A stretch of 64,000 nucleotides of DNA from Podarcis liolepis (taxonomy: Eukaryota). The stretch lies in the NCBI GenBank assembly GCA_965112155.1, contig OZ218099.1; one strand, 5' to 3'. Each line of letters starts with the position of its first letter. Positions within the stretch are counted from its first letter, which is position 1. Below the pieces are notes generated by a model. It worked only from the letters and a program-made list of their open reading frames with translations. It did not search any database and was not told where the DNA came from. Shown piece after piece: positions 23,676-36,267 of this stretch. Made by a program: the position numbers and the translations under genes.

Positions 23676-24880
23676 TACTGCTAACTTCATCTCTAGCTGG
23701 AAATTAATTTCTGGGATCAGTTGTGAAGTAGGTAAGATGACTAGACTTCAGCAAGGAGCAGGCTAACTTTGCAGTTGTTTTCACATCAGTGGTAGAATGC
23801 TAGATGAGGTAGCCCAGTTTCCCCCCACCTTGCCCAATTCAATAGGCATAAACTGTCCCTGATACAGGTACATCCCGATTCATCTTGAAAGTAACGAAAT
23901 ATGGAGATTACTCCTGTGCAGCTGTAGAAAATGCCAATAAATGCAGCACACCTTAATCCTGGTTCTAGATTGTTATGAGGAGTAATGTCCAAGTCAGGTT
24001 AGTTTGTCCCTCTCCTTCCTGGTTATTGTGCCTTTTATTGCTCTTCACTGCTTTCCTATACATCCATGGTTTCTTTCTGTTCAAGACCGTAGACGAGGGA
24101 TATTTTTATTTTATAAAATAAGCACAAATATAGCTATATAGATGTGCAGCCCTTCATGCACCAATAACTTTGATGTGGGATGCCAAAGGTGTTGAGGAAT
24201 TGAAATATTTTTGTGGGGTTGTGTAGAAGCTGAGGTTGTGCTGTGGGAAAGCCCCTCTATTCCACTTCCACAAAGGGTAGCAGGAGGTGTTTGTGAGGTT
24301 TCTATGGGGAATGGGTTGAAATGCATGAAAGCTTGCAGTTGTGGTTAAAAAGGCAGGGCTACGCTAATGAAAGAGGAGGTCCAGGACAATGCTCTGGATC
24401 AGGGAAAGAACAAGATGTTTGAATAAACATTAGCAAAGGGCATTGTGGTGGGAAAGGTTAGCACGGGTACCAGCAAAACCCGGTGTCACATTATTTGGAC
24501 AGATTGTAAGATAAAAGTGTGAGCCATTTGCAACACTTCCTCCCCAGGACAAACCATGACAAAATAGGCCTGTCCAGGCACAACTTTAGGATTTTTAACT
24601 GGTGTTTCCTCCTGGATCATATCACTAGGCTGCCACTGAACATTTGACTTGGCTGATAATGACAGTGATGGTGATTAATAGTCAAAGCACATTTTCCAAC
24701 AGCATCCCTTCTTGCTGGACTTCATAAAGCTCATATGGAGCCATGATCTTGTTTTGTGCTCAAACAGATGCTGCTAACAGCCTACCACATACTAGAGAGG
24801 AAATTCCAGTTATATTTGTACCTTTCACCATCTGAAATCTGCCTCACAGCCTAAAACTGAGGGGCAAACTACACATTGTC

Positions 24881-24945
24881 TTGCAGGGGGTTGGAATAGG
24901 TGACCCTCGAGGTCCCTTCCAACTCTCTGGTTCTCTGATTCTGTG
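24881..24945 (+). mobile_element. CR1 3' tail fragment
   Basis: TTGCAGGGGGTTGG..GGTCCCTTCCAACTCT..GATTCTGTG; similar tails at 55200-55263 and 61875-61990. Confidence 0.75.
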
Positions 24946-26733
24946 TTACATTACACACAAATGCACACAGTGAAGCTCTGCTAATGTTTATAATGAAAAG
25001 CAGCTTCAGGAGTCTACAGTTTTGAGTGTTGTACTAAGAGGAGGAATGGAATGCTTAACCCATGCCCTGCCAGGTGTTTTGTTGGGTTCCACCCACCAAC
25101 ACGACACACAAAACTGTTTCACCTTTGTGGGAATTCCAGGAGCGTTTACCCTCCTAAAGCACTTCAACCCTATTGTGGGGAGGACGGGGAGGTGGGGTGG
25201 CTTTGGGGCAGAAAGACGTAAAGCATTCCTTTCCCTTTACCATGCCTTCAAAATCCCAGCCCCTTGATGCTGCTTGTGAGTTTGCTACATGCATTTCTGT
25301 GGAACATGTACTGCCTTACTGACATCTGTAGCCTATGGAACCAGAATTGCACTTGGAAGAAGTCCCCAGGCTATGTGCTCCAGAAGTGATTAGGATTCAT
25401 AGGCCAGTGGGCCTCCATGATGGCAGAGAAAATGCAAGCGTCCTTTATTGTGGAAGCCAGGAAAGGTGAACTGGTTTCTCTCTAGGTATTATGCCACTGA
25501 TACGGAAGAGTAAAGGTGGGGTTTGGGGAGGTACAGACAATGGATCAAAATCTGGGTACAATTGCTTTCATGGTCAAAACAGGGTTTCAGAAATGCCAGT
25601 GCTAATCAGGGCGAAGAATACATGAGAGGGCCTTGAAAATAACTTCATGGTAGGAGGCCCCTCCTTAAAGTGCAGGTGCTTAATCAGATGTTTTGGGCAA
25701 AATTGTAATGGGATGGATTGGATGCCTTGTCACCTGTCAGGTTCCCCTCTTTACTGGAAGACTTGAGAGAAGTCAGGCTCTGCTAGGACAGACTCCCCTT
25801 CTCTTTGAAATGTTGAGGTTTATGTTTGGAAAGGATGCCAGAAATTACGAAATATAAATTCAATGCAGGAGATAGTATTAATGTTGCCCAAAGAAACACA
25901 GTCAAAGCAGCTAATGCTTGACAGAATGTGTGCTTGGGAAACAGGAAGGAAGGGCCTCCTCATTCCTGAAGTACTCATCATAATACACTGGAAGCAAAAG
26001 CCCGGTGCAATGGGTACAGCCCAGACAAGCCAGGCTATCAAGGTTTATCAGATTCATCACCTGAGCAGAGGTTTTCACAGAGAAATGGGTCAAAAATAGT
26101 TCAGTGGTCAGGAAATTTCAGTGCTGCTCAACTCAAAAGGAGAGAACTTCATTGAAGTCCAATGTAAGATCAAGACATGTGAACACTGGCAGCTGAAAAA
26201 TTAGGCCTGTAGTTATAGATATGTAAAGATGAGCTGCCATGTATGTTTTAAATGCCACTAGTAGGTGAGGATAATGAAACAAAAATGAAACAAATTGACT
26301 GAAATCCAAGTAATTTGAGTGGGGAAATGCAAACAGGTCCTCAGGTCTATATTTTTATGGCAAGCCCCCCTGATATGAAAGCCCTTCTCACCTCAGTATA
26401 ATTTTTTGTATTCAGTTGAGCATCAAAAAAACTCCAATGATTCAATCACGTTATACTTTTTCTGTTAGAAATTGGAAAATGGTACACTGACAGCCCCTTC
26501 TGAGTAAAAAGCAAACTCCTGTTTAGGCAAATCAGATCCTGTCAAACGGCCCTCCTTCCCCCTTAGTCACTTTCCCCCCTCATCTCCAATGGGAAGTTAT
26601 TCTTGCACTTTGCAAAACTTGGCTTTATATTGACAGATGTCTGCCCTGCCTTACAAGATGGAAAGCTAAGCACTTCAAACCACGGAAAAGGCAAAATCAC
26701 ACCATTCAAAATTTACACAGAGAGTTTCCCCCA

Positions 26734-26762
26734 CTGTTGTTGTTGCTGTTGTTGTTGTTGTT
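26734..26762 (+). repeat. Imperfect (TGT)n microsatellite in the CAMK2A 3' UTR
   Basis: direct reading. Confidence 0.85.
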
Positions 26763-29077
26763 ACTGTCCCCAAACAAGCATGTTTGTTTGCTTTGAAGTA
26801 CACGTAGCTGTCTATAAAGTTAAATGTCATGCAAATGAAGAAAGTGCCATTTATAAGTTCCCTTGGTAGTAGAAGTGCACGGTAGTTAATCTCACATCAA
26901 AGAGTAAAGACTGTTAAAGTTTCAAAAAAATAAAAGATAACAAGAAACGGAAAGACTGCCAAAAAATTAACAACCATCACACTTCCCATACCTGTACTAG
27001 AAGGCAAGAAGGTGATGCCAAAAATAGAAGATCTTTCAGCCCCTCCATATGCCATCAAAACAACAATGGGGTCAGGGACATTCTGGCTTGTGAAGAACCC
27101 ATTCCTGCATTCCTTGAAGATGACGCCAGTGTTTTTAAAAGCAGATGCTGTCGTTTGACCCCAGTTTGGAAGTTTCTTCAGTCTCTCCATTGGGTTCCTT
27201 TCATTAAGATGTGTGATTCTGATTGCCAAACCTTTCTCATGGCATATAGAGAGTACACGACCACAAGGAGTCCTATTATGGCGTAAAGCACTCTGAGATG
27301 TGCCAGAAGCCCACATCAGAAATCCTGCCCACATGTCCAGCTTATTGTGCCCTTTTGCACTTTCAAGAACAATTTGCCACAAAGTCAACTCCAAATGTAA
27401 ACAATAACATATTAAGCCCCACCCACCCCATCCCAACTTCATTAAAAATCAGCCACAAACCCAAACAATTGATATTTCTAGGTATTACATAAAGATCCAT
27501 TTTAGCAAATACTCAAAATCCATTTACGAAATAGCACGGAAGGGTTTTGTTTGTTTGTTTTTCATATAAAAAGGCATGCGCTCAAAGTACAAGAGATAGC
27601 GAAAGGTTTCATTTTGTTTGTTGAAAGCATAATCAAAACGCCTCAAAGTGTCATTAGTAAAGCTTGCATTCGCTGTCTTTGCTGGAAAGTGTTGGCCTCT
27701 ATTTTTATGTCAAATTGAAGGGGCAGTTCTGTTTCCATAGTGCCCACATCTTCAATGCTGTCAAATTGCCTGAAGTGTGTATGTGGGAAATTGTGGGACT
27801 AAAAAGGTTCAGCCTCCCCTCTTCCTCTTAATGGTGACTCTAAGTCTTGAAGGGACAGAGGGGGAAAAACATGACTCAAAATCCTGCCAGAAAGGAGCAA
27901 AAGGCCAGTTCAAAGAAAACTGAATTCTAAGCACAATGAAACATCTAGGAGATCCTTACTAAGCTGAATAAAGGAAGTTCCTATGGTGTGCTGGATAGTG
28001 GCAGAAACTGCCTCAACTATATCACTGCATTACAAATAAGGTGAAAAATACCCTGCTGCCATGCTGAATTTCCAACCTATCATTTCATTTATTTATGTGC
28101 TCTTAGACACATTATAATGCCAATATAGTGTTAACAGTTTCATTTCATGCACGTTCTGAAAAGAGAAAGGAATTGTCATGAACCTCAATTGGTCCAGGCA
28201 CACAAAAAGTTACGTTCTCTGGGAAGAGAAATGGATTCTGCATTTTATGCGCCATAAAACCATATTCATCCCAGCAGAATTTTACTAGGCTTTAATGAAT
28301 ATAGGCTGATATTTGTAAGGTTTTAACTTCACACAGAACAGAAGCTGTAGATGTAGATGAGTGACAGCGGTGCAGTGTGAACTGCTCCGGATTTAAATAA
28401 TGAATGGTGGCATAGAAATATTTAAAAATAAATAAAATGATTGAGGTCATGATCAAGCAAGAATCTTGCGTTGCATGTATGCTTATCGATCTGGAATTTA
28501 GGTAACGCAGGGCAGTATAAAAGTATTTTTGATTTTGGCTGAGATCATAATCGAGCAAGAACTTTGCATTGTGTGGATGGGCATCAATCTGCCATTGCAA
28601 GGAGGTGGCTTCTGATTCTGCACTGGAACATGCTCCCCTTTCTCTCAGGCCCCTTAAGACTTAGTGGAAAACAGCAAAGAGACCAAAATAAACCATGTCC
28701 TTGTTAGGAACACAGTTAATTTTAAGTACTGAACCAGGGTGGTTCCATGAGATCTGTGGGCAGTAGTGGCTGAAGGCTACCCCCCACATTGGGTTTCTCC
28801 TGTTAACCACAGAAAAGCTTTTTCATGCAATAGGGTGTCTTGCCCTGTTCTACTACAATGGCACAAAGTGGCAAAACGCAGAGCGTGTGAAACAGAAGGA
28901 GAAAAAGTCTATTAAATTCTTGGTTTATTTTGGTGAGGAGCTCTGTGTGTGAAAGGAATTCCAGCAAGAACCAAGGAGGAGAGTCAGCAGCAGCAGCCAA
29001 GTTCCCTAGGTAAAGGATAGCAGGGATCTTCCCTTTGTAGTGAGGCAGTGAGAAACCTGGCCTGAGGGGCTGATGCT

Positions 29078-29081
29078 TCAG
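29078..29081 (-). CDS. CAMK2A: CAMK2A terminal exon coding part: last base of the His codon plus TGA
   Basis: ttccttttgtgtttttcag|C TGA completes ...SVLPH*; downstream TTGCTGGAATTC resembles the start of the mammalian UTR as recalled. Confidence 0.88.
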
Positions 29082-30729
29082 CTGAAAAACACAAAAGGAA
29101 ACGGCTTTTTACTCCACCAAAATGGTGACCTTCCCATCTGGTTCTCCCCCCAACCCCAGCCACCCCCACCCCAAATAATTACTCTTTTCTATTTGTGAAG
29201 CCTTGTCCTCCAGCTGGCATCCACCTCTCAAGCTTTGTGGCGGGGCAGGGGTGAAGGAGTGAAGAGCACAAGTGGACAAGAGATGTCCAGGAGAATGTAA
29301 AACATTCGGTCACACCCACACTGTACACTGAAAGCATTCTTTGATGTCATGGCTTCGCCCCAGAGAATCCTGGGAACTGTCATTCATTAAGGGTGTTGAG
29401 AGTTGGGTAGGAGACCCCTCACAGAGCTACAGTGACCAGGACCCTTTGGGGGAAGACATGCCTGCTAAAGTGGTACAGGAGTGCTTTCATTGTGTTGGGT
29501 GGATGTGACTCATGTTGAGGGGGCCCACCTTCTTTCTGCAACTTTCACCACTAGACTACTTTTGAACAGCCTTGCCCTGAAAAGAGAGCAGCAGCAGCAG
29601 CAGCAGCAGGAGAATAAGAGAAGAGCTGGGTGAGGGCTGCACCATCCTGGTAGCTGCTTGCACCTCAAACTACTAAGTGCCACCATCTCTCAAGCGGAGA
29701 ACAGAGCATTCAGGGAACCCAAATGAAAAGAACAGGCAGGAGCATACACCTAGATTGTCAATTAGCCTCAGAGAAGCATAAGAAGCAGTACGCCTCTTTA
29801 GTGCTGCTGAGACATCACTCTTGCACTGCGAGCTGGATGGGGAATTAAAATAGCGGTTCCGTGTAGCACAGATCTTCCCCATTAGCATCCTGCAATGCCT
29901 ATACACATGATGAAGGAGGAACAGGGCATGGCAGCTATTGAAAAAAATGGGGGAGGGGGATTAATTTTGTTTTAAAATATTGGGGAAAGGGTTCCTCCAC
30001 CCCTTTATGAACGCACCAGTTAACTTTTTTTCTTAAATTCCCACATGCCAGGGAAATGACACAAGGCATCTCTGACAAGCAGGGGACAGAGGAAGGATTA
30101 GGCCTGCATTGCCTGACATACCATTTTAGGTGCTTCTAAAAAATGGTCCTTCCTTGTTATGCTGAAGTGCAAGTGCAGCAAGGCCTTTTCATTAGAATTC
30201 CAAGCTCTACAGCTGAGAGAAACCAGAAAATGATGGGATGGAATCCCCTTGCTTGCACTGAGCCCCAGAAAGGCTTGTAAAATAGTGAGAAGTCTCCCTA
30301 GCCCTCTCTGGCTTGAAACTGTAAGGAGCATCACAATGTTGTTGTGGTTCCCCACCCCAAATTTGTGCATGCCTCTATTGCTCTACATGCAGCAGTGCAA
30401 TAAGAAAGTGTCAAAAATATTTTTAAACCCTAAAAGTCTAACAGTGGCTGCACATGGGCAGAAGTGAAAGCCAGTTGAATCAATAGCTCTTTGCATAACC
30501 ATGCTGAACAAGCTAGTGGGTTGTCCCCCCCCCCCCCCCGGTTCAACTGGGAAAATTGCCACAAATTAGATATGGGATGGGGGATATGGCAAGGTGACAC
30601 AGAAAACACCAGAATGCAACCATCTGTCAAAAATTTCATCTGGATTCTCTATGGTACCTAAATGAGGGACGGATGGCAATTCCTCAGAAAACAGTGTGGA
30701 GGCAAACAGGAAAAGCAGCTACCACAAAT

Positions 30730-31057
30730 AGGGTAGATGATTCTGTCAGTTTCACTTTTTCTCTGTCCCCAACCTTAATTTAAGTTCACCACATTTGTAT
30801 CAGTCTGTGATTTTTCTTTTTAAAAAGTCCTCATTAAAATTTGCTTGCATTTTAGTGCACATTTCTCCTAATATACACATTTTTGCAAGTAAATTATCTA
30901 ATGCAATGCATTTTAGCATGTTGCTTTCACTAATATATATGTATTTTATGCACACTTTCCCCTAACAGACATATTTTTGTTCACATTTTCTGAACATTTT
31001 CTGAATTTCACAAGTGGGAATTACACAGGTTTGCATGGCATTTTTCCTCCATCCCTA
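30730..31057. mobile_element. AT-rich degraded DNA-transposon derivative
   Basis: Repeated TGCATTTT/CACATTTT motifs, ends CATCCCTA (hAT-like terminus). Confidence 0.4.
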
Positions 31058-32752
31058 ACTGCAAATAAATTTGTTTAATCCCCAGTGGGGTGTGTTCTTG
31101 TACACCACCTTGAACACTTTTTTATTTAAGCAGAGAGGCAATTCATAAAAGCAATGAATGAATGACTCTAACTTCAGTAGTAGCTTTCAACAGAATGAGT
31201 AACCACTATCACGCTGGCCACTAAGGGCTAGCCGTGGAGTCTCATCAAACCTGGACAAAAGATACTCTTCTCTGCTATCAGGGATGCCCATATGGAATCT
31301 TCTTGCACTCACATCAGAAACAGATGATCAGACACACGTGAAGTATCTGATGCTGGACTGTATCATTCCAGAGTGCAGGTGGGGGCTTGTGTGTTTGAAT
31401 GTTCCCGCCTATTAAAAAACAAACAGTGTATACCCTTAACTTCATTTCTGCACCTTCGCACCTTGTTATCAAGAAGTTTAGAGAGTGATAAAATAACACA
31501 GTTTTTCCCTCTTCACTTTCAACTCTACCTTATGGATAATAAAGTTATTTTCATTTCTTTTGATGATTTAAACTGGCAGTGCATTAGTTAACATGAAATA
31601 CGAGGATGCATCTTTCTTTACTGAGAAAACACCTATGACAGTCATAACATCACAGTAAGAAAATGAATGGGGATGGGGAGAAGAACGTGAGAGCCCCAAT
31701 TCTGAATGACATCACTAAAAGTTGAAACTTCTAAACCAATATAAACCGGGTTGGGTTGGTATTTTGCAATTAATTTGGCTTGCTCTGGCATAATAAATAT
31801 CTCCTGTCATGTGACCAGATTCAAACATCATGTTCATAAATAATTTGACATGGTGAAATTACCATGTGAAAAAGTGACCTGTGAACTGGGCCTGAGAGAG
31901 AGAGCGAGAGAGAGAGAGAATGTTAAACTTGCTCTAACTCCAAGAACCAGTCATTAGACACTTCTATTCCATGCATGTCATTGCCACCAATAAAATACCA
32001 TTCTGAGCCTACCACATGGGGGGCGGGGTATTCTCCATTCTGGTAGCATGCATGTGGATCTTAGCAAATCATCAAACAATAATGTGTGACTGTAACTGGT
32101 GGGAGGTTAAACTAAATATGCATGAATTGCCTTCAAATCTCTTGTAATTTAATGCCATGAATGCATCCTTGCATAAAGGCAAATGAATAATCCCCGTCTG
32201 GGGTTCCCAATGTGGTGCCTGTGGGCACTACAGCACTCTCAGGCATCTGTCAAGGCCCCCTCCAATTTTAAGTTCTGTTTTAAAATTGTGGTTTGGGGCT
32301 TTTTGTTGTCTTCGGGGGAGGTACCTGCGTTGGGGGGGGTTTGCATATTTTTTTTATTTAAAAAATCTGTTTTATTTGTTGGGAGTGGTGGTGTAGGTGT
32401 TTGATTTTGAGAGACCGGGGGGGGGGGTCCTGAGCACTGTCAGTTTTTCTTTAATCTGCCCACAACAGATTTACAAAAGCGCCCCCAGGCCCAACAAGGT
32501 GGGGGACCACTGACATAGATAAAAGTTCTTTCAGGAAGGTTTTGACCTAGCTACAAATATTGTTAAGCCATGCATATGTGTGTTACATTGGGCCTTCGCT
32601 GCTGTTCTTTTCCTTCTACTGCCTTGCTTATACTCTCACCTTTAATTTACACTTATCTACTCCTGTTTGCACTGTGGAAACAGAATATTCAGTTTTCAAT
32701 GGTATGACAAGAGTGGCTTTGAGAGGGATCACCAAGGCCTGGGGCTGACTTA

Positions 32753-33010
<258 letters not shown>

Positions 33011-34019
33011 TCAATGCTGCCTGCGTCTCCCCATAACTAGGACGGACATCTTTCTCTAATCTTTATAAAACCATTGCAGCAACAAGGAAAAAGAAGGCAT
33101 ATGCACAATATTTCTAGGCTTGTTTCAGTTTATGTCCCAATCATAGGGAGATTATTCTCTTAAAAATTCATTAAATTGCATTCACTGACCAGTCCACAAT
33201 CTAAAAACTAAAAACATTGTTTGGGATTTCAACATTGTCAGCAAAAGTACTGTAGCTTGCCAGGTGGAACAATCCCCCCTCCCCTGCTGTGTTGTTCTGG
33301 GGGGTTCTCCTGACCCCCACCCCAGCCTTTGGGGATGGGGCACTGTGCAAGCAGAAACCCTCAAATAGGGCTGGTGCTAACAGGGTTCATTAGGTGAATC
33401 CTGCTCATCCACTCTACATTCAACCATTTATGATTTGGTTTGAAACTTTGGAAATGAGTGAGAGATTAAGAGCACAAGCCTAACCAAGTCTACTCAGAAG
33501 TAAACCTTCAAATGCATACCTATGAACTTACAAAGCTGACACATACTACTGGTCCATCCAGCCCAACATGGTCTATTCAGACTGGGAATGACTTTCCAGG
33601 GCCTCAGCCAGAGCTCTTTCTTAGCCTTGATACAGATATGCTTTTTAACAGGAGGTGTCAGCAATTAAATCTGAGTTTGTGCTGTATCTCTGATATACTG
33701 TCCTGCCCTTAAATGCATGTGCTAGTTCAGCCAAGTTGTCCTTATCTTTTCAGAAAGCTCAAAAAGAGATAAGACAAATTTAAGGGATGTTAGGCCTATC
33801 TATTGCTATGAACCAAAATGTTCAAAGGATGAAATTTCTACTCTGACAAGCAGAATCTTGGCAGGTAACAGGATAGAAGATTCCATCTATATACCTTCAA
33901 ATCTCTTAGCATACTTTATTTTAAAACAAACTGGCTGTAGTTAAGAGGCTGGTCCCTGGGCTAGAAGGCTGATGAAGTGACCCAATATTGCAAATATTTC
34001 CATTCTGATAAGAGAGTCA

Positions 34020-34214
<195 letters not shown>

Positions 34215-34699
34215 CTAGTCACATGTCTTCATTCCTATGGATTTAACACCAATGAAGTTAACCTGTCTATGCAATACAAATACATAATTTATTTCTCATA
34301 ATATATTTTAATTTCTTTCTCTTAGCTCTTAAGCATACCACTGTGCTCAGTGACACACTTCAATAGCTTCTCTGCTTCTTGGCTTGTGACCTTAAAGGAC
34401 ATGTTCTTCTCAGTTTTGAAGAGTGAGGGGCTGCAATAATTTCCTAATGGATTGAAGAAATTGTCATTTTGGTGGCAGGTTAAAGGAAGCATCTGTAAAA
34501 TCCTCCTGCAGGATGGACAGGCTTCATGTCCTGAGTGCCCTTTATTTGCCCCAGAGCTTTCCCCGCAAAAACCCGCTCTTTAAAGCTCAATCGGAGTAAA
34601 TGGCAATCCATGAAAAATCTGAATTGACATTTGCTCTGATTTTGATGTGTTGGCAGGTGGGCTCTTTCTAGGCCCAGGTAAGTGTGAATAAACTCAGAG

Positions 34700-35240
34700 C
34701 AGTGCTGGCTCCCAATGTCTTTCCAAGCACAATCTGCAAGGCTGGTGTTAATAGCTCTGAATGGTTATGGTGTGTTTCATATTAGAGAACACTCCCTGCT
34801 CCTGTATGAGACCACCCGCCAATACATCAAAATCATCTGACAGGTCTCTGCTTTAACTTTCATCTTTGTCAGAGGCTAGAGGGAAAACAACAGTAAGTAG
34901 CGCCTTCATTATGGAACACTGTTTTCCTGAAGACTCACCACATCAGCTCATTTTTTATTTTTAGAAAGTTAGTTAAAAGACAAAAAAATCATTTTGTTCC
35001 AGTGGGATTTTGGGAGGGTCACTTTGTTGACTGTATGACCTGGCAGAGATTTTTATGTTTCATAAATCTACTAGGGAAGGTTCTCTGTCGACTCTTCCTT
35101 GCCACTGATTCGTTCTTGATTTGTTGTCTATATCTGTAATCTAATTGCTTCATATTGTTTGTATTAATTGTTGTTTTATGCCACGCTGCCAACTGCATGG
35201 GGGACTTTATGGAGCCATCCTTGGGCAGATTCAAAACAAA
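34700..35240 (+). mobile_element. Old L2 LINE 3' fragment
   Basis: Degenerate similarity to the 58793-59285 copy (GCTGGTG..CTGTATGA..ATCATCTGACAGG..) with a GGGCAGATTCAAAA..AATAAA tail. Confidence 0.5.
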
Positions 35241-35530
35241 TCAATAAAATATATCCAGCCTTATTGAAGTTAGCAGAACATGCATCAGTTCCAGTGTGCT
35301 GGCATCCTGCCTTAGTAAACAGATGGGTTTCAAACTGATGAGGTTTCAAATAGTATATGTAAAAATAAATAAATAGGTGAAAGGCATTCAATTAACCCAT
35401 TACCCACAATGGAAATACTATTATAAATTACGGAGGTTAACTTTGGGTTCCTCATTATCTTGTTAAGCTTTAATGAGTTAGTGCTAACTATTTTGAAGTT
35501 ATGCTGAGATGAGCGTAAAGTAAGATTCAT

Positions 35531-35668
35531 TTAGGAACATGGGAAGCTGCCTTATACTGAGTCAGCCTATTGGTTTCTCTCTCAGCTCTACCTGGGAAGG
35601 CTAGGGATTGAGCATGGAACTTTCTGCACAAAATGCAGAAGCTCCCGCACTGACCTGTGCTCCTTCCC
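35531..35668 (-). mobile_element. Squam3-like SINE, internally deleted
   Basis: TAGGAACATGGGAAGCTGCCTTATACTGAGTCAG tail and tRNA-like head. Confidence 0.65.
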
Positions 35669-36191
35669 ATAATATTACCGTGCTAACTGGTTGATTCATA
35701 AAGTTAGAAAGGGGTTTTGTTTGCACGTTTGTTTTCAAACAGGCCCTTCTTGTAGACAGGAGAAAAACAAACTCAGCAGCCTCTACTCTTCATCAATAAA
35801 CCCATGCTTCTTTGTTCTCTTAACCAGGAATCCAGGGCCTTTGCTTGCTCACTCAGCAGTAATAGCTGTGATTTATCCTTGGCCAGACTGCAAAATGAAT
35901 CCATCCATTTTAATTTTGATGGGAGATAATAATGACAGAGTGGCTCAGTATGAACAGAAGAAACGGAAAACACAAGTTCTTGAAGTCCATTTCTAGCTGT
36001 GCTTTGAAAACCCATAAAAGAAAACCACTAATTTGCTTGCCTTCAGAACAACCTGACATTTCAAAACTGTTTTTTCAAAGTTAAGGCCATTTGAAGGATT
36101 TCCTGCTAACCCTCTTCCTCCATACTGAGCCAGCTCAGGAATATACTTCGCTCTCTTGTTAAAGTTCAAAACACCCACTGGGCACACTCAC

Positions 36192-36267
36192 GTGTAGGAC
36201 TCAAAGTCCCCATTGCTTATTGCTTCAATCAGCTGCTCCGTCACCTTAATGATTTCCTGTTTTCGTA
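36192..36267 (-). CDS. CAMK2A: CAMK2A hub exon, (V)[24 protein letters not shown](T)
   Basis: caacag| ... |gtgag; 76 bp. Confidence 0.96.

Larger units (their letters stand above)
22660..29077 (-). other. CAMK2A: Inferred CAMK2A 3' UTR (~6.4 kb)
   Basis: Runs from the stop to AATAAA (22679-22684, minus strand) in the context TTTCAAGTGCAATAAAATAGCTACAAAC, resembling the recalled mammalian 3' end; the cleavage site is approximate. Confidence 0.7.

Noticed and set aside
26897-27442. 181-aa minus-strand ORF, the longest in the track
   Set aside because: Lies in the inferred CAMK2A 3' UTR, has no recognisable domain or splice structure, and is compatible with a chance ORF
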